Assembly (NCBI GenBank): GCA_039926185.1
Contig: JBDSXJ010000016.1
Span: forward strand, 14,786-78,785
Origin: Bryobacteraceae bacterium
GTDB lineage: Bacteria > Acidobacteriota > Terriglobia > Bryobacterales > Bryobacteraceae
Length of the DNA stretch: 64,000 bases
Direction: 5' to 3'
The translations under genes and the position numbers were made by a program. Under the pieces are notes generated by a model. It saw only the letters and a list, made by a program, of their open reading frames with translations, did not search any database and was not told where the DNA came from. Positions 1 through 9,077 of this stretch are shown piece by piece. How positions within the stretch are numbered: position 1 is the first letter of the stretch; the number at the start of each line of letters is the position of its first letter.

Positions 1-759
1 TACGCGGAGATCTTTGCGGGACTTTAGAATCGCCAGGTTCTCACGAAGGATATCGTAGTTGGGGTCGGACTTATTGGACTCGATGGCAGTCACGACCGTG
101 TTCTCGTCGGTAAATCTGGCGAGGTCGTCGACGTGGCCGTGGGTGTCGTCGCCGACGATGCCTTTGTGAAGCCAGATGGTGTCGGTAACGCCGAAGTAGT
201 CGCGGAAGGCGCGCTCATAGCCTTTGCGGGTCAGGCCAGGGTTGCGGACCTGCACCTTCTCATCGAGCAGGCATTCTTCGGTGGTCAGGAGCTTCCCTGC
301 TCCGTTGACGTCGATGCTGCCGCCTTCTAAGACCAGGCCCGTTGCGTTCAGCTTGAGGCCGAACTTCATTGCGATGGCGGCGGGGGCTTTTGAATCGTGC
401 GCGTTGTTATCGTACTTGGCCCAGCCGTTGAACTGGAAGTGCGCGATCTCGACGGCCGATTTGCTGCGCACGAAGAGCGGACAGTAATCGCGAGTCCAGC
501 TGCGATTGGTCGGGTGATGGAAGAACTCGACGCCTTCCAGCGCCACGTCGGCGTCCTTCAGCATGCGACGGACTTTGCGTTCGATGCTCGCATCAGCGAC
601 GAGGATGCGGACCTTTTCTACGCGAGCAAGGTGGCGGATGATCTGCGCGTAGATCCAGGGGATGGGCGCGAATTTGCCGGGCCAGTCGCTGGTCTCATGC
701 GGCCAGCCTAGCCATGTTGCTGCGTGCGGTTCCCACTCTGCGGGTAGACGGAGCTTCAC
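1..759 (-). CDS. aguA: Agmatine deiminase, N-terminal ~253 aa (gene continues past the left edge of the window)
   Basis: Absent from the ORF track because there is no stop codon in the window. Manual reverse translation from GTG 759 gives VKLRLPAEWEPHAATWLGWPHETSDWPGKF...WTRDYCPLF...GIVGDDTHGHVDDLARF, open down to base 1. The start overlaps the aguB stop (GTGA). Confidence 0.85.
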   Translation of the reverse strand, partial: MKLRLPAEWEPHAATWLGWPHETSDWPGKFAPIPWIYAQIIRHLARVEKVRILVADASIERKVRRMLKDADVALEGVEFFHHPTNRSWTRDYCPLFVRSKSAVEIAHFQFNGWAKYDNNAHDSKAPAAIAMKFGLKLNATGLVLEGGSIDVNGAGKLLTTEECLLDEKVQVRNPGLTRKGYERAFRDYFGVTDTIWLHKGIVGDDTHGHVDDLARFTDENTVVTAIESNKSDPNYDILRENLAILKSRKDLRV

Positions 760-1631
760 TTGCCGTTCCACCTGTTCAAGATCGGGCCGTAGGCGTCAAT
801 GCGGCGATCGCGGAAGAAGGGCCAGTTGCGGCGCGCGTACTCGGTGTTCTTGGGATCGCACTCGACGATCAGAATTTCTTCCTTGTCGACAGGTGCGACG
901 GCAACCATGCGGCCATTGGGATCGGAGACGAAGGACGAACCCCAGAAGTCGATGGTCTTATCTTTGGTCTCGCGGCCGATGCGGTTGATGCCAGCGACGT
1001 AGAGTCCGTTGGCGATGGCGTGGGAACGCTGCATCGTATGCCACGCTTCGATCTGCCACGCACCGTCGGCTTTGTCTTCGGGAACCCAACCGATTGCCGT
1101 GGGATAGATAAGAATGTCAGCACCGGAGAGCGCGGTGATGCGGGCAGCCTCGGGATACCACTGGTCCCAACAGACAAGCACGCCGAGTTTCGCGAAAGGG
1201 GTTTCGATGGATCCGAAACCGAGGTCGCCGGGGGTGAAGTAGTATTTTTCGTAGTACGACGGGTCCTCGGGAATGTGCATCTTGCGATAGATGCCCGCGA
1301 TGGAGCCGTCGGTGGTGAGGACCACGGCGGTGTTGTGATACACGCCTGCGGCTCGCTTCTCAAACAGCGAGGCTACGATGACGATGCCGAGTTCCTTCGC
1401 GAGTTTGCCCATCGCGTCGGTCGAGGGACCGGGGATGGTTTCAGCGAGATCGAAATTCGAGAGGTGAACTTCTTCGCGGCAGAAATACTGGCAGCGGAAG
1501 AGTTCCTGCAGCAGCACGATTTGCGCGCCGCGGGCCGCGGCTTCGCGAACCTTGTCGACCGCTTTGGCGAAGTTGTCTTTCGGGTCCGGGCAGCTCATCT
1601 GCACAAGGCCGATGCGGAAGGGTTGCGACAT
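756..1631 (-). CDS. aguB: N-carbamoylputrescine amidase (CN-hydrolase/nitrilase superfamily)
   Basis: ORF 756..1667. ATG 1631 (MSQPFRIGLVQMSC) is preferred over the TTG at 1667. Glu/Lys/Cys triad context: LLQELF, YRKMHIP, LVCWDQWYPE. Confidence 0.85.
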   Translation of the reverse strand: MSQPFRIGLVQMSCPDPKDNFAKAVDKVREAAARGAQIVLLQELFRCQYFCREEVHLSNFDLAETIPGPSTDAMGKLAKELGIVIVASLFEKRAAGVYHNTAVVLTTDGSIAGIYRKMHIPEDPSYYEKYYFTPGDLGFGSIETPFAKLGVLVCWDQWYPEAARITALSGADILIYPTAIGWVPEDKADGAWQIEAWHTMQRSHAIANGLYVAGINRIGRETKDKTIDFWGSSFVSDPNGRMVAVAPVDKEEILIVECDPKNTEYARRNWPFFRDRRIDAYGPILNRWNGK

Positions 1632-1672
1632 AAGTCCTATTTTCGCTGATGTGATGCGTATACTCAAAGTTC

Positions 1673-2593
1673 ATGCTGTCCGAGGCGTTGGTGAAACAGG
1701 TGGCGCGCGAGTGCGGGTTTGAGCTCGCAGGGGTCGCGGCGGCTGGTCCCGTGGCGGATTTCGGGCGCTATCGCGAGTGGGTGGACGCTGGCAACGCTGC
1801 TGAAATGCGGTATCTGACCGACCATCGGGTCGGGATTCGGGGTGATGTTCGAGAGTTGCTGCCGACGGCTCGGTCGGTAATTTGCGTGGGCAAGCTGTAC
1901 AACACGCCGGAACCGGAGTGGAATACGGCGAACGCCCGGATCTCGCGCTATGCGTGGGGATCGGGCGACTATCACGATGTGCTGCGCGCGGGGCTGGAGC
2001 GCGTGGTTGAGAAACTGCGGGCTTACGGCGAGTTTGACTACAAGATTTGCGTCGACACAGCACCCCTGCTCGAACGGAGTCTGGCACGCGAGGCAGGGCT
2101 GGGCTGGATCGGGAAGAATACGTGCCTAATTAACGAGCCTCTGGGGTCGTGGTTCTTTCTTGGGGAGATTGTTACGTCGCTGGAACTCGCGCCGGATGGA
2201 CCGCCGCCGGGGCGGTGTGGAACGTGCACAGCGTGCATCGAAGCGTGTCCGACGCACGCGATTGTTCCACGGGGGGACGGGTGGACGATCGATTCGCGGC
2301 AGTGCATTTCCTATTGGACAATCGAATTTCGAGGAGAGATTCCAGAAGACAAGCGCGCGGGGATCGGGGACAACGTGTTCGGGTGCGATATTTGCCAGGA
2401 TGTTTGTCCTTGGAATCGGAAGGCCCCGGTGACGGAGGAGGAGACGTTTCAGGCTCGGCCGATACGCTTGGAAGAACTGTTGGGGATCACGGCGGAGGGG
2501 TTTCGCGAGCGGTTTCGCGGGACGCCGGTGGCTCGGACAAAGCACGCGGGGATGCTGAGGAATGCAGCGGTTGTGAAGTCCAACGTGGGGTAA
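1673..2593 (+). CDS. queG: Epoxyqueuosine reductase
   Basis: 306-aa ORF with two 4Fe-4S motifs (CGTCTACIEACP and CDICQDVCPWN) and the CISYWTIE motif. Confidence 0.85.
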   Translation: MLSEALVKQVARECGFELAGVAAAGPVADFGRYREWVDAGNAAEMRYLTDHRVGIRGDVRELLPTARSVICVGKLYNTPEPEWNTANARISRYAWGSGDYHDVLRAGLERVVEKLRAYGEFDYKICVDTAPLLERSLAREAGLGWIGKNTCLINEPLGSWFFLGEIVTSLELAPDGPPPGRCGTCTACIEACPTHAIVPRGDGWTIDSRQCISYWTIEFRGEIPEDKRAGIGDNVFGCDICQDVCPWNRKAPVTEEETFQARPIRLEELLGITAEGFRERFRGTPVARTKHAGMLRNAAVVKSNVG

Positions 2594-2600
2594 AAGCCCT

Positions 2601-2642
2601 GTGGCGCACGCTTTAGCGTGCTGCGTCGACACTCGTGTCGAC
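2601..2642. repeat. REP-like double-hairpin element, copy 1 (reverse orientation relative to copies 2 and 3)
   Basis: gtggcgcacgctttagcgtgctgcgtcgacactcgtgtcgac. Hairpins are GCACGCT/AGCGTGC and GTCGACAC/GTGTCGAC. It is about 80% identical by eye to the reverse complement of copy 2. Confidence 0.7.
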
Positions 2643-2650
2643 GACTGTAG

Positions 2651-2695
2651 GTGTCGAGATGAGTCTCGACACGGCACGCTAAGAGCGTGCGCTAC
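2651..2695. repeat. REP-like double-hairpin element, copy 2
   Basis: gtgtcgagatgagtctcgacacggcacgctaagagcgtgcgctac. Stems are GTGTCGAGA/TCTCGACAC and GCACGCT/AGCGTGC. Its last bases include the TAG stop (2692-2694, minus strand) of the 772-aa gene. Confidence 0.7.
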
Positions 2696-5010
2696 GCAGG
2701 ATTGCGGCGGGTGATGAGGATTGTCAGCAGCGCAACGAGATACATCGCACAGCCGATCAGGACAGTCGCGCGGAGGCCGAAATAGATTGCTAGAACAACA
2801 GACGCAACCGAGCCTACTACGCTCGCTGCGGCATGCAGAGACCACGCCCAGCGCAGGGCCGGAGCGTGGCGTTCCTCTAATCGGGTGAGCCCGCTGGGGA
2901 ATGGAATTCCCATGAAAAAGGCCGCGGGAGCGACGGTAGCGATCACCAAGAGTAATCGCGCTGCTAGCGGCCAGGTCGCGGCCATGTCTACGAGCGGGCT
3001 CGCGGTGACGGATAGCAGAGCAATCAGAGCGGCTACTGCGGCGAGGATTATCATCAGGCGCGCGTCAAGAGCGGCGACGAACGTACGGCTGTAGTAGCTC
3101 CCTGCCCCGCTGGCGACCAGCATTGCGAAGATGATCACGGTTAGCGCTCGCGTCGGCTGGCCTAGCAGTATGATAAATTGCTGCACCAGGGCCATTTGCA
3201 CGAGCATGTATCCCGCTCCCAGACAGACGAAGTAGATCAGAAACGTTGGGATGCCTTTTTGTTTGGGGGTAACAAGGCGCGGCAGCACCAGGATGAGCAA
3301 TGTCGCGAACAAACAGAGGCCCATCAACCCGATCAGCAGCGGTAAGGCTCGGTTGGTTTTGTTCGTGAGCTTGAAGTCGCTCCACAGGTCGCGCGGCTGA
3401 ACGGTGTAGAAGAAGAATGGACGATCGTCGTCGACCGGCGTCACATCAAAGTCGTAGTCGCGCCAGAAAGCTGCGCGGTTGGAAGTCTCCAGCATTGCGG
3501 CGAAAGGATTTTGGATACCTGCGCCGGGGATGTAGAGGACTTCCATGCCGATGTCGGCGGAGATGTGGCCTGCGTGCTCCTTGTCGGCCTCGCTGAAGGG
3601 CTTGCGGGAAACGAGGACGGTGTCGAGATTAGCGGCTGGTTCGTGCACGACGATTACGTGGCTCGCAGCCTCGTTTTCGCCTAGGCGGGAGAGCGCTTCG
3701 ATGGCGAGGGAGACGATTCGCAGGGATTCTCGCGGCGGACCGGCGGCCGTCCGGCTAAAGGCGATGATGCCATCGTCGGTCAGGTGCGCTAAGTAATCCT
3801 CGAAGGCGTCGACCGTGTAGAGATGACTCTCGGCGAGCACGACTCCTCCAGCTGCGGTGGAGGCCCCGGTGTCGACCAGGGTAGCTTGCAGGACCTCATA
3901 CTTCTCCTGGCTGCTACGGATGAAACTGCGGCCGTCTTCGACGAAGATGCGGACTTCGGGACGCTCGTAGATTCCGAAACTTTCTTTGCGCATCGTGCCA
4001 CGCATAATGGTTTTCGCGATGATCGGATTGATTTCGACACCGGTAACGTCTTTGCTGCCGGAGGCGAGCGCTCGGGCGAGGTCATAGCCTCCCCCTGCGC
4101 CGAGAATCACAGTTTTCGCCGCGGGTCGCAGAAGGTACGGAAGGCCCGGACCGCGATTCAGCAGAGCGGACCTATCGGACTCGGCGAGTGGCTTGGAGAA
4201 ATCGATATTGGGGATGGCTGTGGTCGCTCCAGAGTCGATGCGGATGTCCCAGGAGCCTTGCGGGGCCTGCGTGAGACTGACTCGCGATAGGGCGTTCCAC
4301 TTCGACATGCGTTCTTGTGGAAGGCGTTCGCCCTTGGCCCATTGGACTTCGAAGATATGGCTGGTGCCGTTCATGATCATCAGCACCATCAACAAGAGTG
4401 AGACCACGACAGCGGACGCACGAAGTTGGGCTTGCCCTGCCCGGTTGAACCAGATGGACGCGGCGACGCCGTAAATAACGCCGGAGGCGATGACGGTGTT
4501 CGGCGCTCCGAAGAGATCGATGAAGGGGACGAAGAGCAGACAGCCGGCGGCGGCTCCCATCAGGTCCCAGAAATAGGCTCGTTCCATGCGGCCTGTAGCT
4601 TCGCTCATCGCAAGGGACACGACGGTTCCGGCGAAGAAGAATGGAACGGCGCTCGCGACGAAGACTCCGGCCAGCGCGGCGAAGGTTAGGTCGCCGTGGC
4701 GCGTGAGGATGAACCACAGCAAGAGCACGACGACGACGCTGTTGATGAACGTGAGGCGGCCGAGTTCGGCGGAGAGATTGCCGGGGCGGTTCGCGATGAC
4801 GTAGGAAAAGATTCCACCGGCAGCGAAGCCGAAGAGGGCGATAGAGATGGCGAGGAACGCGAGGTCGTAGTAGAAAACCACGGAGAAAAGGCGGGTAAGG
4901 GAGAGTTCGAGGAGCAGTGTGGCAAGGGTCGTGAAGCCCAGCCCTAGACAGAGCTGGGTCCACTGGGAGCCTTTAGCGGCGGATTCTCCGGAGACACTTA
5001 CGCGGGCCAA
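2692..5010 (-). CDS. Fused polytopic membrane / spermidine-synthase-like (AdoMet-dependent aminopropyl/methyltransferase fold) protein
   Basis: 772-aa ORF with TM-rich N- and C-terminal thirds and a central Rossmann-type segment (VILGAGGGYDLARAL...VTGVEINP). The start is a TTG at 5010, so the start is uncertain. Confidence 0.7.
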   Translation of the reverse strand: MARVSVSGESAAKGSQWTQLCLGLGFTTLATLLLELSLTRLFSVVFYYDLAFLAISIALFGFAAGGIFSYVIANRPGNLSAELGRLTFINSVVVVLLLWFILTRHGDLTFAALAGVFVASAVPFFFAGTVVSLAMSEATGRMERAYFWDLMGAAAGCLLFVPFIDLFGAPNTVIASGVIYGVAASIWFNRAGQAQLRASAVVVSLLLMVLMIMNGTSHIFEVQWAKGERLPQERMSKWNALSRVSLTQAPQGSWDIRIDSGATTAIPNIDFSKPLAESDRSALLNRGPGLPYLLRPAAKTVILGAGGGYDLARALASGSKDVTGVEINPIIAKTIMRGTMRKESFGIYERPEVRIFVEDGRSFIRSSQEKYEVLQATLVDTGASTAAGGVVLAESHLYTVDAFEDYLAHLTDDGIIAFSRTAAGPPRESLRIVSLAIEALSRLGENEAASHVIVVHEPAANLDTVLVSRKPFSEADKEHAGHISADIGMEVLYIPGAGIQNPFAAMLETSNRAAFWRDYDFDVTPVDDDRPFFFYTVQPRDLWSDFKLTNKTNRALPLLIGLMGLCLFATLLILVLPRLVTPKQKGIPTFLIYFVCLGAGYMLVQMALVQQFIILLGQPTRALTVIIFAMLVASGAGSYYSRTFVAALDARLMIILAAVAALIALLSVTASPLVDMAATWPLAARLLLVIATVAPAAFFMGIPFPSGLTRLEERHAPALRWAWSLHAAASVVGSVASVVLAIYFGLRATVLIGCAMYLVALLTILITRRNPA

Positions 5011-5028
5011 GACTTACTGTAACAAGAG

Positions 5029-5073
5029 GCGTCGAGAGGAGTCTCGACGCGGCACGCTCGAGAGCGTGCGCTA
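5029..5073. repeat. REP-like double-hairpin element, copy 3
   Basis: gcgtcgagaggagtctcgacgcggcacgctcgagagcgtgcgctac. It has the same architecture as copy 2 and contains the TAG stop (5071-5073, minus strand) of the OPT gene. Confidence 0.7.
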
Positions 5074-7104
5074 CATCATGGCCGCGGGTGGCGCGGGATC
5101 TTCGGGGCGTCCGGCATTGTTGAAGGGGATCTTAATGATGACGGCTGCGAGGGCACACATCACCAGGAAGCCGGGGAGATACGACGGGTCGGAGAGCAAG
5201 GCCGGGAGCGATTGGTCGTAGTAGCGGAACGCGGCGACGATGACGCCGGTGAGGGCTTCTCCCGCGATTAAGCCGCTGGCGATCAGGATGCCGACGCTTT
5301 CGGTGCGGGTGCGCTGCGCTTCGTTGTGACCGGCGCGGCGGCCCATCCAGTCGGCGATGCCGCGGACCATGCCTCCGAAGAAGATACCGAAGCAGGTGGA
5401 GAACGGGAGATACATCCCCACGGAGACGAGCATCGGGCTGGGGACGCCGAGGAGGATGAGGGCGAAGCCGAAGACCGAGCCGCTGACGACGAGAGGCCAC
5501 GCCATGTCGCCGCCGACGATGCCTTGCGCGAGCACCGCCATCAGTCCGGCTTGCGGGGCTGCGAGGCCGGGGTCGCCGAAGCCTGTGCCGCCGCGCTGAA
5601 CGTTGTCGGCGTACAGGACGTAGAGGACGAACCACATTACGAGGCTCGCGAGGACAACGGCTACGAGTTCGACGATCTGGATGGTGCGTGGCGTACCGCC
5701 CAGGATATAGCCAGCTTTGAAATCCTGCAAGAGTTCGCCGGACACTGCGGCGGCTACGCAGACGACTGCCGCGACGCCGAGGACAACGGCTACGCCTTCA
5801 GGTCCGCGGACGCCCAGGGCGACCATCAGGAGGGCCGCGATGATGAGGGTCGACAGCGTCAGGCCGGAGATCGGGTTGTTCGAGGAGCCGATCATGCCGA
5901 CAAGATTGCCGGACACGGTGGAAAAGAAGAAGCCGACGATCAACATCACTACGGCGGAGACTGCTCCAGCCACAACGTTGCCCGAGATGTAGATGTACAG
6001 GGCGAGCATGAAGAGGAAGACTACGCCGATCAGAGCGAGGACGGTCTTCGACCCCATGTAGCGTTCGGTGCGGGCCACGGATTCCATGGGCGGGGCGCCT
6101 TCGCGGACTTCCTTCAAAGCTCGACCAAGGCTCGAGGTGAGTTTGCGACCCATCTTGATGAGCGTGTAGGCTGCTCCGACGAGCATGCCTCCGACAGCGA
6201 TCGGGCGGACGATGTAGCGCCACACTGCGGCGGCTTGCGCGGCCCAGCCTTCGTCACCAGCGCCAGCCGGAATGAATTCCTGCACGCGGGGTCCGAGGAA
6301 GTACATGAAGAGAGGGACCAGCATTCCCCATGCGAGCAAGGCTCCGGAGAATTGCAGGGCGGCGAGCTTCGGTCCGATGACGTAGCCGACGCCTAGGTAG
6401 GCGGGGCTGATGGTGGGTGCGCCGAAGGTGGAGACGCCTCCGGTTTGTATGACGTTCGTGGAGCCTGCGGGTCCGAGCCGGACGCTGCTGGTCCCGACTT
6501 GGCCGATGCGTAGCGTGAAGTCATGCTCGACCGCGTAGAGTTTCATTTCACCGAAAAGTTGCACCAGTGCGCCGAACCCGATATTCCAGAAGAGATACTT
6601 CGCGGCCTCTGAGCCTTGACGGCCGGCCTTGTGGATCTCGGCTGCGGCGACGGACTCGGGAAACGGTAGCGCGGGATCTTCGACCATGACGCGACGGATG
6701 AGCGATACGAAGAGGACGCCCAGAATTCCGCCGACGACCATCATTGCCGTGGATTGCCAGTAGGAATGCGCGAAATCGAATTGCGGCCAGGCGCCGGCGA
6801 TGACGAAGGCGGGGATGGTGAAGATCGCCCCGGCGGCCACCGATTCGCCGATGGAGCCGGCCGTGCGCGCAAGATTCTCTTCCAGAATCGAGCCTTTCCA
6901 TATGCGCAGGACAGCCATGCTGATCACGGCAGCCGGATAGGTGGCCGCGATGGTCACCCCGGCGCGCAAGCCCAGGTAGGCGTTCGCTGCTCCGAGGACG
7001 ACGCAGAGTATCAGGCCGAGAATGACAGCTCGCGGCGTGAACTCCGTCATCTTGACATTTTCTGGAACAAACGGACGGTGTTTTTCAGGCGTCGGCTGGC
7101 TCAT
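5071..7104 (-). CDS. OPT-family oligopeptide transporter
   Basis: 677-aa polytopic ORF. The N-terminus FTPRAVILGLILCVVLGAANAYLGLRAGVTI is typical of the OPT family as I recall it. Confidence 0.75.
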   Translation of the reverse strand: MSQPTPEKHRPFVPENVKMTEFTPRAVILGLILCVVLGAANAYLGLRAGVTIAATYPAAVISMAVLRIWKGSILEENLARTAGSIGESVAAGAIFTIPAFVIAGAWPQFDFAHSYWQSTAMMVVGGILGVLFVSLIRRVMVEDPALPFPESVAAAEIHKAGRQGSEAAKYLFWNIGFGALVQLFGEMKLYAVEHDFTLRIGQVGTSSVRLGPAGSTNVIQTGGVSTFGAPTISPAYLGVGYVIGPKLAALQFSGALLAWGMLVPLFMYFLGPRVQEFIPAGAGDEGWAAQAAAVWRYIVRPIAVGGMLVGAAYTLIKMGRKLTSSLGRALKEVREGAPPMESVARTERYMGSKTVLALIGVVFLFMLALYIYISGNVVAGAVSAVVMLIVGFFFSTVSGNLVGMIGSSNNPISGLTLSTLIIAALLMVALGVRGPEGVAVVLGVAAVVCVAAAVSGELLQDFKAGYILGGTPRTIQIVELVAVVLASLVMWFVLYVLYADNVQRGGTGFGDPGLAAPQAGLMAVLAQGIVGGDMAWPLVVSGSVFGFALILLGVPSPMLVSVGMYLPFSTCFGIFFGGMVRGIADWMGRRAGHNEAQRTRTESVGILIASGLIAGEALTGVIVAAFRYYDQSLPALLSDPSYLPGFLVMCALAAVIIKIPFNNAGRPEDPAPPAAMM

Positions 7105-7146
7105 AGATTCTTGAAGGATAACACCGCGCGCTAAAATGGGGATTCC

Positions 7147-7830
7147 ATGAATGCTGTTTGCTTACTGAGCGGCGGGCTTGATTCCGCGACTTGTCTGGGC
7201 GTGGCCCGGCGCGAGGGGTACGATTGCTACGCATTGTCGTTCGACTATGGGCAGCGGCATCGGGTGGAGTTGGATGCGGCTGGCCGGGTCGCGAAGCACT
7301 TTGCAGCGAAGGAACATCGGACGGCTCGGATCGATTTACGAGCGTTCGGGGGAAGTGCGCTGACCGCGGATATCGATGTCCCGAAGCACGGGAGTGTATC
7401 GGAGATGGCGGCGGGGATTCCGATCACGTATGTCCCGGCCCGCAATACGATCTTCTTGTCTTATGCGATGGCTTGGGCCGAAGTATTGGAAGCGTCGGAC
7501 ATTTTCATTGGCGTGAACGCGATCGACTATTCGGGGTATCCGGATTGCCGGCCGGAATTCATCGCGGCGTTTGAGGCGCTGGCGAATCTCGGGACGAAGG
7601 CTGGTGTGGAAGGTCGCACACGGCTCAAGGTGCATACGCCGTTGTCGAAGCTCGATAAGGCCGGGATCGTGAAGCTTGCTTCGGACGTCGGGGTGGACTT
7701 CTCCACCACGCATAGCTGCTACGATCCGGACGCGCAAGGGCGGTCGTGCGGACGATGCGATTCGTGCTTACTGCGTCTGAAAGGCTTTCGCGAAGCAGGG
7801 CTAATGGATCCGATCGCGTACATGCCATGA
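7147..7830 (+). CDS. queC: 7-cyano-7-deazaguanine synthase
   Basis: PP-loop [11 protein letters not shown] and a C-terminal Zn-Cys cluster (CYDP...[10 protein letters not shown]). Confidence 0.9.
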   Translation: MNAVCLLSGGLDSATCLGVARREGYDCYALSFDYGQRHRVELDAAGRVAKHFAAKEHRTARIDLRAFGGSALTADIDVPKHGSVSEMAAGIPITYVPARNTIFLSYAMAWAEVLEASDIFIGVNAIDYSGYPDCRPEFIAAFEALANLGTKAGVEGRTRLKVHTPLSKLDKAGIVKLASDVGVDFSTTHSCYDPDAQGRSCGRCDSCLLRLKGFREAGLMDPIAYMP

Positions 7831-8498
7831 AGATCGCAGAGATCTTCTATTCGATCCAAGGCGAGGGAACGCTGGTCGGCGTTCCCAGTGTGTTTGTGCG
7901 CACGTCAGGATGCAATCTGCGCTGCACTTGGTGCGACACTCCGTATACCTCGTGGAATCCCGAGGGTGCGGAGATGTCAAATGAAGCGATCTTAGACCAG
8001 GTTGCAGCGTATCCGGCGAAGCATGTTGTGATCACCGGAGGCGAGCCGATGTTGTTTGCACCGGTGGTTGCCCTCACCAAGGAATTCAAGCAGCTTGGGC
8101 AACACGTAACAATCGAGACGGCTGGCACCGTTTACCAACCAGTGGTGGCGGACTTGATGAGCATCAGTCCCAAGCTCGCGAATTCCACGCCGACAGGCGA
8201 GTGGGCGGAGCGGCATGAGAAAGCTCGCTATCGTCCGGAGGTATTGCGACGATTGATCGGCGAGTTTGAACATCAGCTGAAATTCGTCATCGCGGCCCCC
8301 GGCGATTTGGATGAGGTGCGGCATATCGTAGACGATCTGGCGGTCGATCGATCAAAGGTGGTCCTGATGCCCGAAGGCGTTACACCACAAGCAACGCGGG
8401 AACGCGGAATTTGGATGGCGGAGATTTGCAAGAACGAGGGGTTCCGCTACAGCCCACGCCTACACGTCGATTTGTGGGGAGATCGCCGCGGGGTCTGA
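7827..8498 (+). CDS. queE: 7-carboxy-7-deazaguanine synthase (radical SAM)
   Basis: ATG 7827 overlaps the queC stop (ATGA). Sequence [14 protein letters not shown]...[10 protein letters not shown] carries the CxxxCxxC motif. The longer track ORF from 7746 overlaps queC and is rejected. Confidence 0.88.
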   Translation: MKIAEIFYSIQGEGTLVGVPSVFVRTSGCNLRCTWCDTPYTSWNPEGAEMSNEAILDQVAAYPAKHVVITGGEPMLFAPVVALTKEFKQLGQHVTIETAGTVYQPVVADLMSISPKLANSTPTGEWAERHEKARYRPEVLRRLIGEFEHQLKFVIAAPGDLDEVRHIVDDLAVDRSKVVLMPEGVTPQATRERGIWMAEICKNEGFRYSPRLHVDLWGDRRGV

Positions 8499-8502
8499 GT
8501 GA

Positions 8503-9069
8503 CTACCCGACGACAGTAATTACGGGGGTCCTCAACTCGAACTCTTTGAGGTTCCGCCACTCGTTCGCGACCGTGTTCTGAACGAAGGTAACCCGCTCCA
8601 CCGAGAACACCCTTGGCCCCTCATAGGCCTGCCAACGGGCCACAGCAACCTCGGTGGCTTTGGTTACGGCGTCCGGAGGCAACCCCTGCGCAGCCGTCAC
8701 GTGCGGATGGTAGTAAAACATCTCCAGGTGCTCGCAGGCGCCCCAATTCAACGCCCGATGCAACCGGATCAACGTGGCCGACCCTTGTCCAATCGATAGA
8801 TGAACCACTCCAGAAGCGGGAAATACGCACACCTGACCCAGGTGCACATCAAAGGCGTGTTCGTTTTCAATCACCGCGGCGATTTCAGAACAGGCCTGCT
8901 CGAAGCTACCCACCAGCGGCCGGGGTGGCAAGAGCGTCACGTGTCCGCGAGCCGTAGAACCAGGCTGAACTTCCCGTCGCAAGGCGTCCACGAAACCGGC
9001 CAGCGGCTCCGGCAGGTACGCAACCAACGAAAATGAATTTATTCCCGGATCCCCGTCTACAGCAGCCAT
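8503..9069 (-). CDS. 2H phosphoesterase superfamily protein (LigT / 2'-5' RNA ligase-like)
   Basis: Two HxT motifs (GHVTLLPP and HPHVTAAQ). ATG 9069 is preferred because the longer form to 9153 would overlap the upstream ORF. Confidence 0.7.
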   Translation of the reverse strand: MAAVDGDPGINSFSLVAYLPEPLAGFVDALRREVQPGSTARGHVTLLPPRPLVGSFEQACSEIAAVIENEHAFDVHLGQVCVFPASGVVHLSIGQGSATLIRLHRALNWGACEHLEMFYYHPHVTAAQGLPPDAVTKATEVAVARWQAYEGPRVFSVERVTFVQNTVANEWRNLKEFELRTPVITVVG

Positions 9070-9077
9070 CGTAACTA

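Noticed and set aside
714-1649. 311-aa plus-strand ORF antisense to aguB. The same class of ORF occurs at 5326..6396, 10762..12000, 12079..13263, 51366..52322, 53064..54101, 55642..56661 and 59264..60163.
   Set aside because: These are typical long antisense open frames of high-GC DNA. They have Arg/Gly/Asp/His-rich, low-complexity translations and no recognisable domains. Each fully overlaps a strongly supported gene on the other strand.
7105-7146. Possible preQ1 riboswitch upstream of queC.
   Set aside because: The spacer is only 42 nt. I could not see a preQ1-I/II-like stem plus A-rich tail.
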